A stretch of DNA of 64,000 nucleotides from Sphyrna mokarran (taxonomy: Eukaryota): positions 27,528,001 through 27,592,000 of the forward strand of contig JAGIQG010000018.1 in NCBI GenBank assembly GCA_024679065.1. The letters run 5' to 3'. Under the pieces are notes generated by a model. That model saw nothing but the letters and a program-made list of their open reading frames with translations, made no database searches and was not told where the DNA came from. Every line of letters starts with the position of its first letter. The first letter of the stretch is position 1. A program made the position numbers and the translations under genes. This document shows, one piece after another, positions 50,770 through 63,078 of this stretch.

Positions 50770-52240
50770 CAGAATGTAGAAATGTCTGTAGATTCTGGAA
50801 CAGTCCCTGCAGATTGGAAGGTAGCTAATGTCACTCCAATATTTAAAAAGGGTGGTAGAGAGAAAACAGAATTATAACACTGGTAGTGAGGAAAATTTTT
50901 AAACCCATTATTAAGGATTTTATAGCAGAGCATTTAGAAAGCAGCGGTAGAATCAGATCGAGTCAACATGGATTTATGAAGTGGGAAATCACGCTTGACA
51001 AATCTGTTGGAATTCTTTGAAGATGTAGCTAGTAGTTAGCTAGAGAGGGAGCCAGTTGATGTGGTATATTTGCAGAAAGTATTTAACAAATTCCTGCCTA
51101 AGAGATTATCATGCAAGATTAAAGCTCATGGGGTTCGAGAAAGTGTAAAGAGATGGGTGGAAAACTGGCTGGCAGAGAGGAATTAAAGAGCCTTTTTCAA
51201 ATTAGCAGGCAGTAATTATTGGGCTGCCACAGGAATTGGTGTTGGAACTCCAGCTATTCACAATATATATTAATGACTTGGATGAGGGAATAAAATGTAA
51301 CATCTCAAAGTTTGCAGATGATACCAAGTTGGGTGGGAGAATGAAGTGTGACAAGAATGCAGAGTTCCTTCAGCAAGATCTAAACAGATTGGGTGAGTGT
51401 GTTAATCAATGGCAGATGTAGAATAATTTGGATAAATGTGAGGTTATTCACTTTGGAAGCAAAAACAAGATGGCAGATTATCACCTGAATGGCTATAAAT
51501 TGGGAGAGCAGAATGTGCAGAAGCACAAAGATGTCCTTGTGCACCAGTCACTGAAGTTAAGCAAGCAAGTGCAGCAGGGGGTAAAGAAGGCAAATGGTTT
51601 GTTGGCCTTCATTGCGAGAGGTTTTGAGTATAGGAGCAGGTATGTGTTGTTGCAACTTTACAGGGTCTTGGTGAGGCCCCATCTAGAGTATTGTATGCAA
51701 TTTTGGTGTCTTTTTCTGAGGAAGGATGTTCTTGCTCTCGAGGGAGTGCAGCAAAGGTTTACCAGATTGATTAAGGGGATGGCAGGACTGATGTATGAGG
51801 AGAGATTGGCTAGGTTAGGACTGTTTTTGCCGAAGTTCAGATGAATGAGGGGAAATCTCATGGAGACTTAAAAGTTCTAACAGAACTAGACAGGATGGAT
51901 GCAGGGAGGATATTTCTGATTGTGGAGATAGTCCAGAATCAGGAGTCACAGTCTGAGGATTCAGGGTAGACCATTTAGGATAGAGGTGAGGGGATATTTT
52001 TTTCACCCAGAGACTGGTGTGCCTGTGGCATTCATTACCACAGGATTTAGTTGATGCTAAAACATTGAGTGTATTCAAGAGACAGCTGGATATAGCACTT
52101 GGAGGCAAATAGGATCAAAAGTTATGGGGAGAAAGCAGAATTAGGTTATTGAGTTGGACGATCAATGATTGTGCTGAATGGTGGAGCAGGCTTGAAGAGC
52201 CAAATCGTCTCCTCCTACTTTTATCTTTTACGTTTCTATG
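50770..52240 (+). mobile_element. CR1 LINE, 5'-truncated ORF2
   Basis: LFTIYINDLDEGIKCNISKFADDTKLGG; DKCEVIHFG..RPHLEYCMQFW. Confidence 0.95.
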
Positions 52241-52654
52241 GGTGACAGCCTCTATAATTGTCCAAAAAGTTTCAGGTTTAGCATATGTCCTGAACGCTGG
52301 CACTGGGCAGGTAATGCAGCCATCTGTACTCTTTGCTGCAGATTACAGTGTAAATCCTCCTCACCATACTGTCCCCTACCAGCACTGTATTCATTTTTGC
52401 TCCCCTGCCTTGAATGGTGCCACAGTCAATTGCTCCTGCACCCTGCAACCTCCATTCTCATCCAAACACCCTGAGAGAACCTGAAACCTATTGGACAATT
52501 GCAGAGGCTGAGATTCCTGCAATCCTGCCCTCTGAATCCTTACCTGCCTCAGCAACAGGCACCATTAATCACCTTCCAAATCAGAGGACCCTATTCTAAG
52601 CAGTGTTGTCACTTCTTGGTATGAAGCATCCAGGTAACCCTCACCCTCCTGAGA

Positions 52655-52952
52655 TAGCATGGTGTTTAGCACTGCTGCCTCACAGTGCCAGGGACACGGT
52701 TTTGATTCCTGGCGCGGGTCATTGTGTGGAGTCTGCATGTTCTCCCCATATTCCCATGGGTTTCTTCCGGATGCTCCAGTTTCCTCCCACAGCCTGAAAG
52801 ACTGTTAGTTAGGTGAATTGTCCATGCTAAATTCTACCTCAGTGTACCTGAACAGGTGCCAGAGCATGGCGACTAGTGGATTTTCACAGTAACTTCATTA
52901 CAATGTCAATGTAAGCCTACTTGTGACACTAATAATAAATAATCTTTAAACT
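52655..52952 (+). mobile_element. V-SINE with alternative tail
   Basis: Ends ..gcctacttgtgacactaataataaataatctttaaacttt. Confidence 0.88.
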
Positions 52953-53259
52953 TTTATGTATCTGTAGCTCAGCCACCAGCTCTGACTCTGAACTGAAACT
53001 CCACAATTCACAGACACTGACTATTTGCTGTGCTTGCCCTGGGTCACAGGTCACTGCCCTGTTAGCCAGGAGCTCCCAGGAGCCGCAGCTGTGACACATC
53101 ACCAGTTCTGTTGTTCTTAGGTGTTCTAATTAATTACTTTATTCAATTAGTTATTTGCTTTTATGCATTTTCTTAAATTTACCAAAAATTCCTATACTAC
53201 TTTAAACTTTAGAAATAGAATAGACATTAATCACTCACCACTAGGTGCTCACTAAACCA

Positions 53260-53577
53260 GGCGGCATGGTGGCACAGTGAGTAGCACTGCTGCCTTACAA
53301 TCCCAGGGCCATAGGTTCGATTCTCGGCTTGGGTCACTGTCTGTAGTGTCTGAGTATGCACGTTCTCCCCATGTCTATGTGGGTTTCCTGCCATGGTCCA
53401 AAGATGTGTGTGTTAGTGCATTGGCCATTCGAAATTACCCCTTAGTGTCCTGGGATGCATTGGTTTGAAGGATTAGTGCGGTAAATACGTGGGCTTACAG
53501 GGATAGAGCTTAGGTTGGATTGCTGTTGATGCAAACTTATGGGCTGAATCGCCTCCTTCTGCATTGTATGATTCTAT
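53260..53577 (+). mobile_element. HE1-type V-SINE
   Basis: Head with ggttcgattc B box, V domain, tail. Confidence 0.9.
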
Positions 53578-54224
53578 CCACAGCTAACCTTTTCTACTAT
53601 AGTAAAACAAGAACCAGTTCCTATAGGGTGAAAAAGTTTTAAAAAAAAGCAAAGCATCATCTCACTAAACTCCCTCAATTCACCAAAATCCTGTCACTCC
53701 ATTGAGATCACATTCCAATTCTTATTCCTTGTGTAAATGGAGCTTTGATATAGTGGGCCAAATGTGTGCAATTGGGACTAGCTTAGTGGTCAAAACTGGG
53801 CTGCATGGACAAGTTGGGCCGAAGGGTCTATTTCCATATTGCAAACCTCTTCTAAGTTTCAAAGCTGAAGTTTTTTTTTGTAAATAATATCCAACAGAGC
53901 AACAGGTAACAAGCGATTGTGCCACATGAAATGCAATGCAGATGAGTGAAAGTTTTGATTTTTAATGAGTGAAGTTTTGATTTGCTTTGCTTTATTATTG
54001 TCGCATGTATTGGTTGGTCTACAGTAAAAAGTACTGCTTCTTGCGCACTATACAAAGGGCAGAATTTTCCTGAAGAATCGTAGGGTATTGGGGTGGAGTG
54101 GGGGGGGGGGCACCATGCCAAGGTCCATTGACCTTGGACAGGATTTTCTTGTTTTGGGGCAAATGCATCCAGAAGGTACTGCCCAAAGTATACCATTCAT
54201 AGAGCAGTAAATAATGGAGAAGGA

Positions 54225-54325
54225 AAGGAGAGAGTGTAGAATGTGGTGTTACAGTCATAGCTAGGGTATAGTGAAAGACCCATTTAACATAAGGTAGATC
54301 TATTCAAAAGTCTGATGGCAGCAGA
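54225..54325 (-). mobile_element. Rex1/Babar-like fragment
   Basis: Homologous to 46440-46545. Confidence 0.65.
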
Positions 54326-54608
54326 AGCTGATACATTGAGGTCTCACTATGATGCAGTTTATATATGAAAATATAATTAAATAAAGTCTTTTTAATTTGA
54401 TTCAATTATATTGCATGGTTAGAATTGTTAAATTTATGCACATTTTATTTCTGTACCCTTACTTAGTTAAGTTTTTATGTTTATTGTCATTACTTTGCTG
54501 GTATTAGTGTTTATCTTGTAGTATCTTGATATTATTTTTAAACTTGTATATTAAGAAGGCACTATTTGATATTTTGCATTATTCAGAACATCCAAAGATG
54601 CAAAACAT

Positions 54609-54648
54609 AAGTTTGTGGAGATGTCCTTGAAGACATCTCCACAAACTT
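54609..54648. repeat. Perfect 17-bp hairpin
   Basis: aagtttgtggagatgtc-cttgaa-gacatctccacaaactt. Confidence 0.95.
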
Positions 54649-56495
54649 GTGCTATAGTGACTAAAGAAATACTCTGGGTAGCTCAGATATTCTTCATTCT
54701 TATTTCACATGGGTTGATTAATGTAACATAATGTATTAAGTCAGCATTACAGTAAGACTGACCCATTCTTAATGAGTATGTTAAAACACTCAATCAATTG
54801 ATTGTTTAACAAGACGAGCCAAGTTTAACAGTTATGTGATTAACCCTGTGAGTTTACATCAGATTTGTTACCACAGTCTTGGCAGTATCTTACCTCTTGC
54901 ATTTATTTAATCAGACATGAAGCTAGTATCAAAAGACCATTGTTGAAATCTGTAAACAGCAGTGGAGTAATTGTTTGTAGCTATTGTGATGTTCTTCTGT
55001 ACCTGAATCCCAGAAGGAGACAGTAAAATCTATTTTGTTCGTGTGCTCTTGATGTGAACAGTTGGTGTGAATAATAGTCTCTCACTTCTGCCACTGCTTG
55101 TATTTGTTGGATTTCTAGAATATGGAAAATAGCTCAGCTAATATGTTGTTAGGATTATATTCAGCTATTTACAATCTGCATCAATTACTTTGATGAAGGG
55201 ACTGAGCATAATGCTTCCAAATTTACCGATGAGCCAATCTTAGGTCGGAAAGTAAGTCGCAATGAGAATGTAAAAAGATTGTAAAGGGACAAAGGCAGGT
55301 TTAGTGAGTAAACAAGAAGGCAGGGGATGGAATTCAGTGTGGGGAAATGTGAAGCTATCCACCTTGAAAGGAAAATAGAATTTTTTTAAAGTGGTGTGTG
55401 AGGAAGGTTGCTATTCAGAAGGACCATAGTATCCTTGTACATGAATCACAGAAAGTTAACGTGCAGCTACAGCAATTAGGAAAACAAATGGTATGTTAAC
55501 CTTTAATACAAAGGTGTTTAGAGTATAGGAGTGAAGATGCTTTACTGAAATTGTATAGGGCATGAGGTTTTGTGCAGAGATTTAATCTCCTTATCTAAGG
55601 AAAGATATACCAGCCTTGGAAAGAGTTTAACAAAAGTTCGCTTGACTGATTCCTGGGATGAGGGTGTTGGTATGGTGTTGGTTGCCAAATGTATCTGTTA
55701 AAGAAGTCTTTGCAGTCTTCGATATGTTAACAACAAGTCTTCCCTTACAACTTGTAACTATGTACAAGTATATAGTGAAGGAGTTCAACATCTCTGCTCA
55801 ATGCTACACTGACTGTAGATCCAGGTCTGTTTATTTCAAGTCTTACATTATTTTAAGTCTCATTCGTTTGCTTTATTGCTACAACCTTAAAGCTAATCCG
55901 GTATTATTACCATTATAGTGTTAGCATTAACAATGTTCTCTGTACCCCATCTTCCTCCCTCAAGTTCTTGAAGTTAGAGGTTCAGGTGCTTGGAGGCCTT
56001 ATAACACTTTCACATCTTGTTTGCCATTCTGTCAGATTCTGTTGGTTCTGTTCTTGTTGTTGACTTGGAGGTTGGACTGGATTTGGATATGCTTTCATTC
56101 TTTCCCCCCATTGCTTTGTGTTGAAGCATCCTGCTCAGTTTGGCTGTGGTGTCAATGCATGATTGCTGCTAATGCTCATTTCTTGAGAGACAGACAAAGG
56201 AAGGATTCATCTCCTTTGTTTTGCTTTTTCTTCTTTTTCCATGTGGTGAGAAGGAGGTTGAGTGACATTCTCACCTCTGCTTATTGTTCTGGTTGGTAAT
56301 GGACTGCTACCCGATTGGAGTTTCCCATGTGGTTGTGGCATGCTGGCTGGAAGTGGCAGTGTGTGTCCAGTAGTTATGTACTGATCAACTGTAGCATCTC
56401 TATAGCTGGAAGTACAGACTTTGCAGACTGCTGATCATTCTGTGGTACCATTTCCACTGGAGGTGCTATGGTAGTCTCGTGGATTGGACTATTAA

Positions 56496-57130
56496 CCCAG
56501 GTTGATAAAGTTGTTAAGAAGGCGTACGGTGTGTTAGCTTTTATTGGTAGAGGGATTGAATTTAGGAGCCGTGAGGTTATGTTACAACTGTACAAAACTC
56601 TGGTGCGGCCGCACTTGGAGTATTGCGTACAGTTCTGGTCGCCGCATTATAAGAAAGATGTGGAAGCATTGGAAAGGGTGCAGAGGAGGTTTACCAGGAT
56701 GTTGCCTGGTATGGTGGGAAGGCCTTATGAGGAAAGGCTGAGGGACCTGAGGTTATTTTCATTAGAGAGAAGAAGGTTACGCAGTGACCTAATTGAGGCG
56801 TATAAGATGATCAAGGGATTGGATAGGGTGGATAGTGAGAGCCTTTGTCCTCGGATGGTGATGACCAACATGAGGGGACATAACTTTAAATTAAGAGGTG
56901 GTAGTTATCGGACGGATGTCAGAGGCAGGTTCTTTACACAGAGGGTGGTGAGAGCGTGGAATGCCCTGCCTACAGCAGTTGTGGACTCGCCTACTTTGGG
57001 GGCATTCAAATGTTCGGTGGATAGGCATATGGATGATATTGGAATAGTTTAGGTTAGAGGGTCCACTGGCTGGCGCAACATCGAGGGCCGAAAGGCCTGT
57101 ATTGCGCTGTAATGTTCTATGTTTTATGTT
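56496..57130 (+). mobile_element. Young CR1 3' fragment with 7-bp TSD
   Basis: Uninterrupted ORF2 C-terminus to 57052, CpGs retained; ctattaa at 56489-56495 and 57131-57137. Confidence 0.95.
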
Positions 57131-57902
57131 CTATTAAGGATTTCTGGGACCTGGATTGATAATGCACCAAATTGCTCACAAAGAGAGGAGATTGAGGGTG
57201 AAATCTGAGTCTGAATACACTAAGTGTTTGTGTTCTTGGCTGGCTGGCAACAGTGGTCATCTATAAACCTCCACCATCTGGAGGAAATCCGGGGCAATGT
57301 TGCTCAGGACAGAGAAGGGCATGTTATGGGCCACGTACATCAGTTCGTGAGTTCAGGATCGTATCAAAGATTGGAGACAGATTCTCCCTGCTGTACAGAA
57401 TGGAGTATCCGTTGTTTGAAGCCAGAAGCTTTTGAATGCTGTCAGACACGATTTCATGCTGGCAGCTGAATCTAATTTAAAATGTGTGAGCTGACCATTT
57501 GCCAGGATATTGAACATTCCAAAATGAAGAATCACAGTCTTCTTTGACCTCACCCTAGAAGCAAGACTGTGTCTCTTATGGGTTTTCAGTCTCAACCTCG
57601 TGGATGACCTTTAGCTATCCGTGCTGGGGTTTTGACTTGCACAGTTTGCCAAGACATCTCTGTCTGTTGGAATGGAAGGATTGAGCTGTGCTGACATGAC
57701 ACTCTTCTCTCCTGTGTAAGTGCTTCACAATGGGAATGCAGCGCTGGCAGTGTAGGTCTTCTGGGTTGTTTCGGAACTGTTTTCCCTGCCTTGGATTATC
57801 TTGTCTTTGCATCTTGGTGACCTGAGACACTGGACTGAAGATTGGCTTCTGCCCCAATGTTGTATTCTCTCCCCTAGGATTGTCTGTGTTGTGATGTAGA
57901 AA

Positions 57903-58420
57903 AAAACAAAGAACAAAGAAAATTACAGGAAGGAACAGGCTCTTCAGCCCTCCAAGCCTGCACCGACCATCCTTCCTGACTTAACTAAAACCCTCTACAC
58001 TTCCGGGGACTATATGCCTCTATTCCCATCTTATGTACTTATCCCATGTACTCATCCCATGTACTTATCAAGATGCTCCTTCTTGTATCCACTTCTACTA
58101 TCTCCACTGGCAATGAATTCCAGGCACCCACCACACTCTGTGTAAAAAATCTGCCTCGTACAGCTCTTTTAAACCTTGCCCCTCGCATCTTAAACCTATG
58201 CCCCTGTAATTGACTCTTGCACCCTGGGAAAAAGCTTCTGATTATCCACTCTGTCCATGCCTCTCATAATCTTGTAGACTTCTATCAGGTTTCCCCTTAA
58301 CCTCCGTCGCTCCAGTGAGAACAAACCAAGTTTCTCCAATCTCTTCTCGTAACTAGTGCCCTCCATACTAGGCAACATCCTGGTAAATCTTTTCTGTCCT
58401 CTCCAAAGTCTCTATATCCT
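57903..58420 (-). mobile_element. CR1 3' fragment inside the Gypsy element
   Basis: SYEKRLEKLGLFSLERRRLRGNLIEVYKIMRG; (ttctttg)n tail; same subfamily as 47800-48268. Confidence 0.92.
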
Positions 58421-59778
58421 TCTATTGTGTAATGATGTTATCTGCAATTGGGTCTACTGAGCAAAGAAATGTGGTTATGTGTTCCACTTCTGATTTTAAA
58501 TTTAAACTTGAAGCAATGCTGTATCCTAAAAATATTTTCTTCAAGCACTTCAACCTTGTGATTATGCTGGGTGTTGGAAGAGTCCCAATGAAGTTGGAAG
58601 TGTGGAATTGTGATCCATGTTGAAGATTCTTAAAATATGATACAGCTTTAAGACCTGACATGCTTCCAATATGGTGTCAGTGTTGACTGCAGTATAGTGA
58701 ATTTCATGTGTGTAATAATCTTACTGAGGCTAGTCTTCCATCGCCACTCTTTATATATAGGGTGCTAAAAGTGCCATTGGATGGCTGCAGTGTACAGGTT
58801 AAATCTCAAAGTCTATTAACTGCCGACCTGAATGGAGCCAGCTGGTTTTAACACCCCACCCCCTCGCCGCCACTGTTCCTTCCCTGTTGGCTGAATATCA
58901 ACCCATCTAATAGGGGAGTTTGTATTCTCTGAGGTCTGTGGGGAGATTTATTAACAATTCCCTGTGACCGTCATAACACCATGCTTATCTGGCTTGGTGG
59001 CCTTCAGAAATTCGTGGTGGTGTACTTTGAGAAGAAGAATTTACAACAGTGGCTGCATGGGTTGGAGTTGTGCTGATTTGATTAAATCGCCAGTGTAGTG
59101 TTGAATGTAGCGAGATACCTGAATGAACTGCAGACCTGATGTTTAAAATTCACACAGTTGTGAAGTTCCCGAGAGATAATTATTAATTTAGTTCTTTCTT
59201 CTGCTCAACTTGGAGGCCACGTGTTGAGATGTGGAGTCAGGGAATTGGGATTAATGCCAGGTTTAGCACAAACGGCACTTCTGACTGAATTTGTAAAATA
59301 ACTTCACGGGGCTGGCTATAACCTGGAAGTGAAAAAGACTTAGCTCAAACTTGTAGGCTTTGGATTGTGTGTTTAGAAGCTGAACAACCAAGGGGAATTG
59401 GATTCCTCTGCTGCAGTAAAATGTCTGCCATTAGCTTCCACTCAGGTCCCTGTGGAGCTTTTTCTGGCAAATTTTCTCAGTATCTGTAATTTCATTTGGG
59501 AGCTCCAATCAGTTTAGAATCCATTGAAGATATCATTTTCATTCAGGTTTTTGATTTGGAGCTGTACTATGTTGGGATGGTGTTGGTTGCTGAACGCTTC
59601 TGTTAAAGAAATCTTCATAATCTTCTGTATGTTGACAGCAAGTCTTTCTTAACTACTCATAATTATATACATACATGCAGTAAAGCATTGAGACAAGGAG
59701 CCATCTTCATTCTAGTTCTTAACTTGTCTCTGTTCAATAGCACACTTATCCGAGATCTATGTCATGTACCCGCTTACA

Positions 59779-59816
<38 letters not shown>

Positions 59817-59831
59817 AAATATATATATATA
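59779..59831. repeat. (TC)n(TA)n compound microsatellite inside the Gypsy LTR
   Basis: Read directly. Confidence 0.95.
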
Positions 59832-60869
59832 CGTATAGTACTGTACTCGGACCCACATTAATCCTGCATATACCAGGCCCTACTGTTACAGAGAGTGTTG
59901 GCCTCTGAAGAGGAATTGAGTAGACTAGGATTATAATCATCAGAATTTAAAAGAATGCGAGATAACCTTACAGAAATATATAAAATTTTCAAGGGCCTCA
60001 ATAGGACAGATGCTACAAGGATGCTTCTCCTGAATGGGGAGGAGAGTCTGGAACAAGGGTTTACTGTTGCAGAATAAAAAAAAAATCAGCCTTTTCGGAT
60101 GGAGGTGAGGTGGGAAACATTTTCTCCACTCAGAGTTGTAGGCCTTTGACATTACTATCCCATGCCGTAAATGCTCAAGGCAGAGATCAGGAGGTTTTTC
60201 AGTACCGGGGAAAATAATGGGTATGAGGATAATGCAGGAAGGTGGACACGAGGTACAAGATCGGCCATGATCAGATTGAAGGGTGAATCAGGCTCAATGG
60301 GCTAAATGACCTTCTCCTCCTCCTCCTCATATCTTATATTCAGTTCAAAGTAAAAGGGAAGCATGCCCTTGTTTTCATTCCAATTGTTCTCTTTTTAGCA
60401 AGTGGGATTAAGCACATGATTCATTGTGGCATTCAAGAAATGTTGTGTGGCAATTCATCATACGGATCTAAGGTATAAATTGAAAACATCAAACAGGCAG
60501 TAGTAAAACCATTATAGACCCTCAGTCTCCATTGAGATCCACATGCAATCTACCCATTCTCAGTATTGATGCAAAGTCTGATGGATTCATCATGATGATC
60601 CCATTGGACAAATGTGCTTTATTGAAACCCACAGCTGAGAAAAATAAACCAGAAGCACATTTGGACACCACACCTCATAAATAAAGCGTTTTGCAATGTT
60701 GATATCCAATCCGCTCCTGTTAATTCAAATCAGTTAATGTGCTAAAAGTGGCATTATCCAACATCTTGAAACTTGAGTGCTGGAGAAATGCATCCAGAAA
60801 TAGCCACCTCTTATAAACATCCACCTGATTATAAACAGCCATCTGATTATAATGGCAAAACACTATGGA

Positions 60870-60986
60870 TATTGGAATTTGAAACAAAAACAGAAAAATG
60901 CTGAAAAAAGTAAGCAGGTCTGATGGCATCTGTAGAGAGAGAATAGAACCAATGTTTCGCGTCAGGATGACCCCTTCGTCAGAGCT
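60870..60986 (-). mobile_element. Second-family Penelope terminal repeat with hammerhead motif
   Basis: Minus strand: CTGACGA(60982-60976)-aggggtcatcctgacgc-GAAAC(60958-60954), then ctctctctacagatgcc..gacctgct..cagcatttttctgtttttgtttc. Confidence 0.75.
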
Positions 60987-61284
60987 TAAATGACTTACTT
61001 CCTTCCTGTCTTTTTTATTCCTTCTCAGAAACGTGTAGGAAATACAGCTGTTACAATCACTTTGAATAAAACACAAATTTACAGGTTGAAACACAAGTGC
61101 AACATCTGGTGTCCCAGTCTGCAGCCCTGCAGTTTTCCACACCCTACTCCACTGAGTCAGAGAAATGCCTGACCACTTAAAAACACAGAGCGTAGATCAA
61201 ATACTCGTGTCCTAATGACAGCACCTACTGTGACTATTATCTCCCCCACCAGGGCCCCAGTGCCAAGTGGAGTGCAACCCATCA

Positions 61285-61460
61285 AGACAGAGAGATACGT
61301 ATGAGTTTCTGATAGACAAGGGAATTAAGAGAGAAAGCAGGAAAGTGGAACTGATCCACTTCAGATCAGCCATGATCTTATTGAATGGCAAGGCAGGCTC
61401 GAGGGGCTCGATGGCTTACTCCTGTTCCTATTCCTTATATTCTTCTTCCTTATGTTCTTA
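61285..61460 (+). mobile_element. CR1 3' tail fragment
   Basis: agatcagccatgatcttattgaatggc..ggctcgaggggc..tactcctg..ttatgttcttatg. Confidence 0.8.
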
Positions 61461-61462
61461 TG

Positions 61463-61805
61463 AGTGGCACAGTGATTAGCACTGCTGTCTTCCAGTGCCA
61501 AAGATCGGGGTTTAATTCCGGCCTCGAGTGACAGTCTGTGTGGAGTCTGCAGCCTGTCTCCGTGTCTGCAAGTGAGTTTCTTCTGGCTGCTCTGGGTTCC
61601 TGCCAGAGTCCAAAGATGTACAGTTTAGATGGATTAGCCATGCTAAATTGCCTCAAAGTGTTAAAATGTTTAGGTTAAGTGGATTGCCCGAGCTGAATGC
61701 ACGGGTTATGTAGATACGAGGAGAGGAGTGGGTCAAGGTAAGATGCTCTTTCAGCATGTTGGCATAGACCCAAAAGGCCTCTTTTAGTACTCTCGGGATT
61801 CTATG
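61463..61805 (+). mobile_element. HE1-type V-SINE (diverged)
   Basis: Head, V domain, tail. Confidence 0.85.
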
Positions 61806-62905
61806 GCTCGAAATTTCTACACCGTCTAACCAGCTTAATTTTGAGAGAGAAAAGGAAAGTGATTAAATGGGCAGCTCAGGGCTTTCATGGATCGGTGCAT
61901 AATCGATGGGCTGAAGGGCCTCTTCTGCACTGCAGCATTCTGTAATTCTGTGAACCCAATTACTGTTACATTGGGCAATATTCAGGAGGAATATTTGTTC
62001 CACAAATATGGGAGACATCACTCCAGGTGCCATGATAAATCTTAAAAACTGTAGTAATTTCTGGCAAGGAGAGGATGTACTGAGGCATAAGTGCGAATCA
62101 TCACAAATCAGTGGATGATTTGCCCTGCTTGACCGATAGTCTCCAGAAAAAAATGGAGCTCATGGTTAACGTTGCCGTGAGTATCCAGAAATTGCTGCAT
62201 TTGCACCACAGATATAAATAAAACTTGCCGCAGAAAGTTGTGGTTGTGATTTAACATGGTGCAAAGATCCTGTTAATAGTTAATGGTTTCAGCTTCCTAT
62301 GGCTTTCCAGTTTGAAATCAGTTGGCAATTAATGTCAGAAAAACAATTAATGCCTCATAATTCAACCAGGATGGAAGTTCAGCAGGAGAAATTAAAAAAT
62401 GAGGGTAAATCATACACAGAGAGAAAAAAGCACTGGGGCATATAACTCAATGATAAAAATGAATGGCAACAAAGAGAGCACGGATTAGCAAGCGTGGTGT
62501 GGATTCAGTGGGTCAAATGGTCTCCTTTTGTGCTGGAATTGTGTTCTTTGAAAGTAAATCCTTGAGCTTAGCTGCTGTATAAACATCAAGGCACAAACCA
62601 TGCGTAAGGGATTGGTTAACACATTATTCGTGGCTTCATTTATTAAGAGGATCAGATGGATGATGGTGGTCTTATATTGTTACAAAGCTTAGAAACAAGT
62701 CAGAACTGTTGACTGCTCACTTGCATGCGGTGGGGCGGAGTAAGATTAAGAATGAATCGCATGATATCACATCAAATCATATCAAATATCATACTATAAT
62801 GCCAAATTTTGAAAAGGACGTTTTCTCCCTGAATTTCAGAGTTGGGCCTTCAAAAGTAGGGATTTTGGGTGGACAGTGCTTGACAGCTATGTTCAAATGT
62901 TTGAG

Positions 62906-63078
62906 ATTTGAAATCATGAGCTTTGGATTTCACCTGATGAAGGTGCAGCATTCTGGAAGCTTGTGATTTCAAATAAGCCTGTAGGTCTATAACCTAGTGT
63001 CGTGCAACCTCCCATCTTGTTCACCCCAGTCCAATACTGGATCTCCACATCATAAAACATCTGTGACACCCAAGATGG
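62906..63078 (+). mobile_element. Penelope fold-back mini-element with hammerhead motif, copy 1
   Basis: atttgaaatcatgagctt..cac-CTGATGA(62934-62940)..aagcttgtgatttcaaat; PLE tail ..ctccacatcat. Confidence 0.8.

Larger units (their letters stand above)
49690..53700 (-). mobile_element. Old CR1 5' region (ORF1 SGNH-esterase remnant), interrupted by a CR1 and two SINEs
   Basis: EEDPVVMVYVVTNDI..SKVIISELLPE..NRIREMN (ORF 50393-50722) matches the VVVHVGTNDI esterase motif of CR1 ORF1. Confidence 0.7.
55665..59890 (-). mobile_element. Decayed, internally deleted Gypsy LTR retrotransposon
   Basis: Related LTRs 55665-55949 and 59570-59890 (TG..CA); PPT complement tcttcctccctc 55950-55961; gag N-terminus (ORF 58422-58661), decayed Zn knuckle (57615-57857), protease NGQLTHFKLDSAA (57353-57595), integrase-like C-terminus TR..VIRPP; near-TSD gaggg/gagag. 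Confidence 0.75.
55150..60340 (+). mobile_element. Old CR1 (55150-55664 and 59891-60340) split by a Gypsy insertion
   Basis: CR1 RT runs to ..gattcctgggatgaggg and resumes at gagagtgttggcctctgaagaggaattgagtagactagg. Confidence 0.8.

Noticed and set aside
56468-57052. Longest ORF (194 aa) as a gene
   Set aside because: It is the C-terminus of CR1 ORF2 in a 5'-truncated insertion; its start codon lies in flanking sequence.
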